From contig CAVTAE010000014.1 in the NCBI GenBank assembly GCA_963732665.1, positions 1,227,544 through 1,291,543 of the forward strand: DNA of 64,000 nucleotides. Reading direction: 5' to 3'. This DNA comes from an uncultured Trueperaceae bacterium (GTDB lineage Bacteria; Deinococcota; Deinococci; Deinococcales; Trueperaceae). The translations under genes and the position numbers were made by a program. Positions 58,653 through 64,000 of this stretch are shown here, piece after piece (position 1 is the stretch's first letter; each line of letters begins with the position of its first letter). The notes beneath the pieces were generated by a model. That model saw only the letters and a program-made list of their open reading frames with translations, was not told where the DNA came from and made no database searches.

Positions 58653-59324
58653 TTACTTTGATGTTATGTGTCCACTACAAATAGAAATTATTTCTTGAGC
58701 TTGCTCGAGTCTTAAACACCCGTTTTGATCAATGCCCCTTGCTATTCCTTCTTTTATTTCACTTCCAACTCTTACCGAAACGGTTTTACCCTCTAAAAAA
58801 TCATAAGCCTTGAAAAGACTTGGTAAATCCAAATTGGTTTGCAAAAGCTCAAGTCCTTCTTGGGTACCTTTTAGAATCATATTGCTTACAGTTTCAACGC
58901 CAAAACCTTGTAAGTGTGTAGCATGTTCTGGTATTTCATTTTGGACATTTACACCTACGCCAATCAGCAAATGTCCTTTTACATATTCACACAAAATACC
59001 TGCTAGTTTTTTGTTTTCTAAATAAATATCATTAGGCCACTTGATTTGGAGATTTGGTATTACCTTGGCGATGCCAATTGCCATCAAGATTGCTGCATAG
59101 GATTTATTCAAAGTAGGTGGTTCTGAATCTTTAATGGCAAGTGTTTGGTAACTGCCACCCCTATTGCTTACCCAATCTCTAGCTCTTTGCCCACGCCCAG
59201 AAGTTTGTTCGTGAGCACGAATGATTAGACCATGTACAGCCTCACCACGCTCGAGTCTTGAGCGCATTTCATCTTGAGTAGAACCTAGCATTTTAAAAGT
59301 CTGGATCTGAAACTTAGGAAACAT
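58653..59324 (-). CDS. biotin--protein ligase family protein (BirA catalytic domain only, no HTH)
   Basis: GRGQRARDW motif (BPL GRGRxGRxW). Confidence 0.7.
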   Translation of the reverse strand: MFPKFQIQTFKMLGSTQDEMRSRLERGEAVHGLIIRAHEQTSGRGQRARDWVSNRGGSYQTLAIKDSEPPTLNKSYAAILMAIGIAKVIPNLQIKWPNDIYLENKKLAGILCEYVKGHLLIGVGVNVQNEIPEHATHLQGFGVETVSNMILKGTQEGLELLQTNLDLPSLFKAYDFLEGKTVSVRVGSEIKEGIARGIDQNGCLRLEQAQEIISICSGHITSK

Positions 59325-59389
59325 GATTTAAGTATAAGTGGCGAGGGATGAGTGACGAGTGGTGAAGGAGTAAGAACACTTTACACTCG

Positions 59390-60376
59390 TCACTCATCAC
59401 TGGATACTTTCTTAAGAATACATGCTACTTGATGATTTGTTGCTATAGACTCGAGCTGTGGGTCAATATCTTTACATTGATTTACTGCCACTGGGCAGCG
59501 TGGCGCAAAACGACAACCTTTGGGAATGTTAATCGGGTTAGGTGGATCGCCTTCTAAAAGCTGTCTTTGTTTGCGTAATCTGGGGTTGGGAACAGGGGCT
59601 ACCGAGAGCAAGGCTTTGGTGTAGGGGTGCTGTGGATTTTGCAAGACCTCTTGAGTGGTTCCTATTTCCACAATGCGCCCTAAATACATCACAGCAATGC
59701 GGTTAGCAAAACTGGCCGCCGTGTTTAAATCATGGGTAATAAAAATAAAAGAAATCCCTTTGTGTTTTTGTAAGTTTGAGAGCAGGTTTAGAATATCGGC
59801 CCGAATGCTTACATCTAACATGGATACAGGCTCATCAGCAATCAAAAGTTCGGGCTCTAAAACCAGTGCAGAGGCAATGACTACGCGCTGGCGTTGACCA
59901 CCTGAAAGCTCATGTGGATAGCGGTGCATATAACTTTCAGCAGGGGAGAGACCCACATCTTCTAGGGTCTCTTTGACTTTTTGTAAGCGTTCGGTTTTGT
60001 TTGTGCCACTATGGTGAATATGCAAGGGCTCTGCTACCAATTGGGCGATGGTCATGCTGGGATCTAGTGATTCGTAAGGGTCTTGGAAAATCATTTGGAC
60101 TTGTCTGCGTAAAGCTTTGACTTTTTGACCCTGGAGATGCGTCACATCTTGACCCTTAAAAACAATTTTTCCTTCAGTAGGTTTTTCTAGATTCATTAAA
60201 GTCAGTGCAAGTGTAGATTTGCCGCAGCCAGATTCGCCAACCACAGCCAAGACTTCACCTTTGGCCAAGGTCAAACTCACGCCATCTAATGCATGAACAT
60301 AAACGGTAGACGAGAATAGTCCGGTTCTAAGTGGGAAGAGTTTGCGTAGATTTGTAAGCTCGAGGATATTTGTCAT
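59390..60376 (-). CDS. ABC-transporter-type ATP-binding protein (oligopeptide/dipeptide OppF/DppF-like), no permease or binding-protein genes nearby
   Basis: Walker A GESGCGKST, signature LSGGQRQRVVIASAL, Walker B LLIADEP; C-terminal oligopeptide-type extension. Confidence 0.85.
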   Translation of the reverse strand: MTNILELTNLRKLFPLRTGLFSSTVYVHALDGVSLTLAKGEVLAVVGESGCGKSTLALTLMNLEKPTEGKIVFKGQDVTHLQGQKVKALRRQVQMIFQDPYESLDPSMTIAQLVAEPLHIHHSGTNKTERLQKVKETLEDVGLSPAESYMHRYPHELSGGQRQRVVIASALVLEPELLIADEPVSMLDVSIRADILNLLSNLQKHKGISFIFITHDLNTAASFANRIAVMYLGRIVEIGTTQEVLQNPQHPYTKALLSVAPVPNPRLRKQRQLLEGDPPNPINIPKGCRFAPRCPVAVNQCKDIDPQLESIATNHQVACILKKVSSDE

Positions 60377-60978
60377 AATTTCCTCGGCTTCGTTGGTTCG
60401 TGGGGTTTAACCCCCCCCTGCCCCCGCCTGTTAGGGCGGGGGTTTTTGTCCTCGTCAATATCATTTCTATTTTCAATACCCTCTATAAAAAGCAGACTCT
60501 CGTCTTCTTGGTCATCCTCTTCATTTTCAAAAGTTATTTTGTCAACGTCACTCTTTGTACTCAGGAAGTCACGATTGTCTTCCCCCCTAACAGGGGGGAT
60601 CGAGGGGGGTCCAACATTCGCCCTGCCCGCAAGAACTTCGCTAATTCGTTGACACACACCCTCAAACGAAGTCATCACTTCGGTGTTCGTAAATCGCAAA
60701 ACGTACAAACCAAGACCCTCGAGCATCTCCGTCCTCTCTATATCTTTCGCCTTACCTTCAGGTGTAAAATGACTTTCGCCATCCACTTCAACGACTAGTT
60801 TCGTTGCAGGACAATAAAAATCAACAATAAAAGTTTTTATCATGCGCTGTCTTCTAAAGCGAGGCTGGTAGTTTTGCAAAAAGCCACGCCACAACTTTTG
60901 CTCAGGCTGGGTCATATTTTTGCGTAATTTACTTGCGCGTTCTCCCAAAACCGGTTTATAAGGCAAAAATCGGCGCAT
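60373..60978 (-). CDS. DUF559 (Vsr-like/PD-(D/E)xK endonuclease-domain) protein with unusual 85-aa low-complexity acidic C-terminal tail
   Basis: MTQPEQKLW..PRFRRQRMIKTFIVDFYCPATKLVVEVDGESH..LGLYVLRFTNTEV is the DUF559 signature. ATG 60978 with GGAG RBS (ORF-track TTG 60993 would overlap the MTase). Confidence 0.75.
   Translation of the reverse strand: MRRFLPYKPVLGERASKLRKNMTQPEQKLWRGFLQNYQPRFRRQRMIKTFIVDFYCPATKLVVEVDGESHFTPEGKAKDIERTEMLEGLGLYVLRFTNTEVMTSFEGVCQRISEVLAGRANVGPPSIPPVRGEDNRDFLSTKSDVDKITFENEEDDQEDESLLFIEGIENRNDIDEDKNPRPNRRGQGGVKPHEPTKPRKL
60411..60616. repeat. ~200-bp segment bounded by palindromic C-run/G-run hairpins (ccccgccTGTTAgggcgggg and ccccccTAACAgggggg) inside the 3' part of the DUF559 gene
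   Basis: The two boundary hairpins have the same arms and reverse-complementary loops; a similar hairpin (ccccccTATTAggggg) lies at 50072-50090. Confidence 0.55.
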
Positions 60979-60989
60979 AGAAAACTCCC

Positions 60990-63900
60990 TCAAAATCTCC
61001 GCAGAAATTCCTCAATGACCCTACGGTCAGCTACGTTCAGCTCGTAAACTTCATACACTACATCATTCAACTCTACTTCCAGTTTCTCAATCTCACCTGA
61101 AAGTATAGAGGTTTCAGCTTCCCAAGACGCTAGCGTCTCTAAATAGCTTGTCTGGTCTTTGCTGCTAATGGGCACTTCAAGTGCTAAGAACTCTTGTGTG
61201 TTTACCGTGCCACGCAACTCTAAAACTCGCTTTATAAACTTTGCCAATTCAGGCTTTTTAATAAGCAGTTCGGCTTTACCAATTTTAAGTACAGTTTGAC
61301 CATCTAGCATTCCTTCTTCGGAAACTTTTTTACCGCTTAAGGTTTTGGGCAAGGTGTTGGTGACGATTAAACGAGCCAAGTCGTCACGGTCTGGCAGGGA
61401 TTTCAAACTTTTAGTAACAGAATCTGGAAAGGCTGCAATACTTTTCTCCAACTCACGCAACCTAGCGGTTTTGTCTGTGAGGGATTGGGTGAGTGAAGCG
61501 ATGGTTTGTTGTTGTTCTTTGGTTGTGGCGGGAATGGGCAAGGTTTTGATGAATTGGTCGCCGTAGGAGTAGAAACCACCTGAAAAGACTGACGAGATAT
61601 GCTTGATAAAAAAGTCAGAGCTTTTGCTCGAGAAAAGTCCAGCTAAAACCTTTGAATTTACCTTGTCACTAAGTGATAAACCGTAAGCATTGTGTGTACC
61701 ACTGCCAGCAAACAGAACACCCAAAGTATCAACGGCTAATTCAGGTGTCTTAGAAGCTGTTTGTAATAGCAATTTTCCTATTCTTGCACTAGCCTCGAGA
61801 CTACGCGGATATGCAATGTCATACCACTTAGATTCTTCACTTTTACCTTTCTTATATCGTCCGTTTTCCCGCTCGCGCATAACTTTCTCGTTTGCCTTCA
61901 AATACGTCCAGAGTTTTGGATATTTTCCGTCAATCATTGGACTAGCATCTGGCCAGTTTTGAAAAAGTTTTATTTTCGTTTTTCTCTTGCCCTGTTTCAC
62001 TTCAATTTCCTTGTGCCAATAATCTGTGCTGGGCATGAACCAATATCGGTCTTTATGCCTGAAATATGGGAAGATAACCCACCAACCTTCCCAGCCTACA
62101 TGCCAGCGTTCCACGTCTTTGCCAAACAGAAATGGGCGCAGAGCATCTTTTTCTAGCCAAACAGCATCACCACCGCCACGTGGTTCAACGTAGAGCAGGT
62201 TTTGTTTTTTATCTTCGTCAAGTTGTTTCAAAACGAGTACGCCATCAAGACCTGTTGCAATGCCTTGAAATCCACCACTCGTAGTAGCCGTGTAATTTTC
62301 CAACCTGCGCTGTTGGCTTATTTCACTGTCAGTCACAGGCAGCGTTTCGTCTTTGCTGTTGCCAATCGCTTCTAGTTTTTCAAAAACTTTGCGCTCTGCT
62401 TCTGGCATCACATACCAGCCTTGAGCAGCTAGCACTGTACTTTCTTGTTTGAAAACATCGGCGTAGTCGGTTTTGTTTTTGCTGAGTGCTTTGTATGTTT
62501 TGCCTGTTTTGAGGGCAGCTTGCACTTCTTTGATGGCCTCGGCGTGGTGCAGTGGTGCGGTATGCGGGTAAAAGCGTGCGGCTTTGAAACTGTAGGCTTT
62601 GCCTTTGGGTGGCGTTCGCTCGACAATCAAAATAGCAGGGTAAACCATCGCTTCTTTGAAAAGCCTGGCTGCTTGGTCGTCATCCGTTGCTGCAAAGGTC
62701 ACAGCTTTGAAGTCGGTGATAGAAAGTACTTTTGCAACGCTTGGTAATTCTGAACGAAGTGTAGCAGCATAGTTGGCGTTTAGAAAACGGTTTGGAATAA
62801 TGTAGCCGAGTCTGCCGCCATCTTTGAGCCAAGGTCTGTCACCATACAACACACGCTCGATGAAGGGAATATAAATATCATAGTTGCCTTTAGCCCACAC
62901 ATATTTACCTTCCCAATAATCTTTCAGGATTTCAGGCAGGTTTTGCACTCGCACGTAAGGCGGGTTACCCACTACATAGTCATATTGTAAATAATGCTTG
63001 AGAACCAGACCGAGCATCAAGTCTTCTAAGGTTTTGAGAAAACGCCCGTCACCGTGATTGTCTTTGAGGTCTTGTAATGTTTCCCAAACCTTTTGGGCGT
63101 AAGGCTCCAAGTAATCAGCAAGTTTATCTGGGTTTGGATTGTACAGCCCGAGTTCTTTTCGCAGGTTGTCTTTTAGATTGGGTAATTTGCTATTCGCGTC
63201 ATAGGCTTGTGACAACACTTCGACGGCAGCAAACACGGCTTGCAGTGCTAAGAGCCATTCGCGTTCATTGCGAATAAAGCTTTGTGCCTTGGCAGCTTCC
63301 AAACTTGGAAAGGTCAAACCGACGCGCAAAGGGCCGTTTGCTGTCTTTACAGGCAGTTCAATATAAGCAGTGATTTCCTCGCTTCCAAAGTCAAAGCCAA
63401 ACTGATTACCCTTAGTCAAGGTTTCACCTTCGATGACTTCTTGCCTTAACGAATCAGTACGGACAATCGGCAGGCGGCGCAGCACGAGGTTGGGGTCTTT
63501 TTCAATCGCCTTGGCATAAAGTGGCACCAGATGTGCAGCTACATTGACTTGAGCCATCAGTACCGCAAAGGGGTTTACGTCAAAGGCTACTAAATTAAAG
63601 TCTCGAGTTAAACCATTTAGTGTGTCAATCGGGTCTTTGCCTTCATTAGCTTGCAAGTAACGACGCAAGGCACGAATTAAAAACGTGCCACTGCCTGTGG
63701 CGGGATCAAGCAAGCGTCCTTCGCCGTCGTAGCCCACTTCGTCAAGAATAAAATCAACGACTTCGGGTGGTGTGTAAAATTCACCCAGTGCCTTGCGGGT
63801 TTCGGGGTCAAAGTAGCTTTGGTAGAGTTCTCCGAGCAAATCGCCTTGTAGTTCTTTGAAATCAAAACGAATGAGGCTCAACACCAAACGTGCTAGCGCG

Positions 63901-64000
63901 AGACCAAAAGTGTTGCGTGTGGCTTCACTGCTTTTGCTATAGTCACGCCACCAATCAAAGAGGTCTTGGGCATAGATAGATGTAAAGAGTGTTTTGGCAT
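60990..64000 (-). CDS. gamma-class N6-adenine DNA methyltransferase with >650-aa C-terminal region (Eco57I/type IIG-IIL/BREX PglX-like); N-terminus beyond window end
   Basis: Motifs ..GEFYTPPEVVDFIL.. (X), LDPATGSGTFLI (I), VVGNPPYV (IV); coiled-coil/TRD-like C-terminus. The frame is open to the window edge (upstream ..LFDWWRDYSKSSEATRNTFGLALARLV). Confidence 0.8.
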   Translation of the reverse strand, partial: AKTLFTSIYAQDLFDWWRDYSKSSEATRNTFGLALARLVLSLIRFDFKELQGDLLGELYQSYFDPETRKALGEFYTPPEVVDFILDEVGYDGEGRLLDPATGSGTFLIRALRRYLQANEGKDPIDTLNGLTRDFNLVAFDVNPFAVLMAQVNVAAHLVPLYAKAIEKDPNLVLRRLPIVRTDSLRQEVIEGETLTKGNQFGFDFGSEEITAYIELPVKTANGPLRVGLTFPSLEAAKAQSFIRNEREWLLALQAVFAAVEVLSQAYDANSKLPNLKDNLRKELGLYNPNPDKLADYLEPYAQKVWETLQDLKDNHGDGRFLKTLEDLMLGLVLKHYLQYDYVVGNPPYVRVQNLPEILKDYWEGKYVWAKGNYDIYIPFIERVLYGDRPWLKDGGRLGYIIPNRFLNANYAATLRSELPSVAKVLSITDFKAVTFAATDDDQAARLFKEAMVYPAILIVERTPPKGKAYSFKAARFYPHTAPLHHAEAIKEVQAALKTGKTYKALSKNKTDYADVFKQESTVLAAQGWYVMPEAERKVFEKLEAIGNSKDETLPVTDSEISQQRRLENYTATTSGGFQGIATGLDGVLVLKQLDEDKKQNLLYVEPRGGGDAVWLEKDALRPFLFGKDVERWHVGWEGWWVIFPYFRHKDRYWFMPSTDYWHKEIEVKQGKRKTKIKLFQNWPDASPMIDGKYPKLWTYLKANEKVMRERENGRYKKGKSEESKWYDIAYPRSLEASARIGKLLLQTASKTPELAVDTLGVLFAGSGTHNAYGLSLSDKVNSKVLAGLFSSKSSDFFIKHISSVFSGGFYSYGDQFIKTLPIPATTKEQQQTIASLTQSLTDKTARLRELEKSIAAFPDSVTKSLKSLPDRDDLARLIVTNTLPKTLSGKKVSEEGMLDGQTVLKIGKAELLIKKPELAKFIKRVLELRGTVNTQEFLALEVPISSKDQTSYLETLASWEAETSILSGEIEKLEVELNDVVYEVYELNVADRRVIEEFLRRF

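Noticed and set aside
59390-60376. Interpreting the ABC ATPase as part of a peptide importer
   Set aside because: No permease or substrate-binding genes within reach on either side. It is kept as an orphan ATPase, possibly recruited to the MTase-DUF559 unit.

Overview
The window looks like ~64 kb of a Gram-negative-type bacterial chromosome at roughly 45% GC; I cannot identify the taxon from sequence alone. It has four parts, plus two window-wide signals.

- **Positions 1 to ~24.2 kb, all on the + strand:** a large exopolysaccharide/O-antigen-like locus. It carries an O-acetylation module (MBOAT AlgI-like plus three AlgJ/AlgX-like SGNH paralogs), a Wzx flippase, a Wzy-like polymerase and an O-antigen-ligase-domain protein. 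It also has four PAPS-type sulfotransferases, a NodB deacetylase, two GT4 glycosyltransferases, gmd and fcl (GDP-fucose), a right-handed beta-helix lyase/epimerase-like protein and a galactose-oxidase-like lipoprotein. This predicts a sulfated, acetylated, fucose-containing polysaccharide.
- **24.2 to 34 kb:** housekeeping genes. These are tRNA-Ala(GGC), cspA, SRP RNA (ffs), ddl, a zinc-ribbon miniprotein, rarD, a serine hydrolase, a crotonase, nfeD-flotillin and a class V aminotransferase.
- **34 to 52 kb:** acyl-CoA and amino-acid catabolism. This includes a vapBC pair, an operon of an ADP-forming acyl-CoA synthetase, a TPP enzyme, an aminotransferase and an acyl-CoA dehydrogenase, and an IS4-superfamily insertion sequence. 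A carnitine-type module follows (a CDH-thioesterase fusion and a BKACE enzyme), with a frameshifted M20 peptidase and an orphan Phd antitoxin. The block ends with fadD, a SixA-like phosphatase, a CYTH protein and a glutaryl-CoA-DH-like dehydrogenase.
- **52 to 64 kb:** an accessory/defence-like region. A brnTA cassette is flanked by a 35-bp direct repeat that duplicates the 3' end of the dehydrogenase gene. Next come a HEPN-like (Rx4H) orphan protein, a phd-vapC pair, and a glycoside-hydrolase gene split by an IS630-family element with a TA target duplication. The region then has Gfo/GNAT genes and a birA-like ligase. It ends with an operon of a large gamma-class N6-adenine DNA methyltransferase (N-terminus beyond the window), a DUF559 Vsr-like endonuclease-domain protein and an orphan ABC ATPase.

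Two signals run through the whole window. The palindrome CTCGAG is strongly over-represented (about 105 copies by eye against roughly 12 expected). There are also several small repeat families: a conserved element of roughly 50-85 nt in three copies, G-rich heptamer hairpins, and CCCCCC-loop-GGGGGG hairpins. No CRISPR array was seen.
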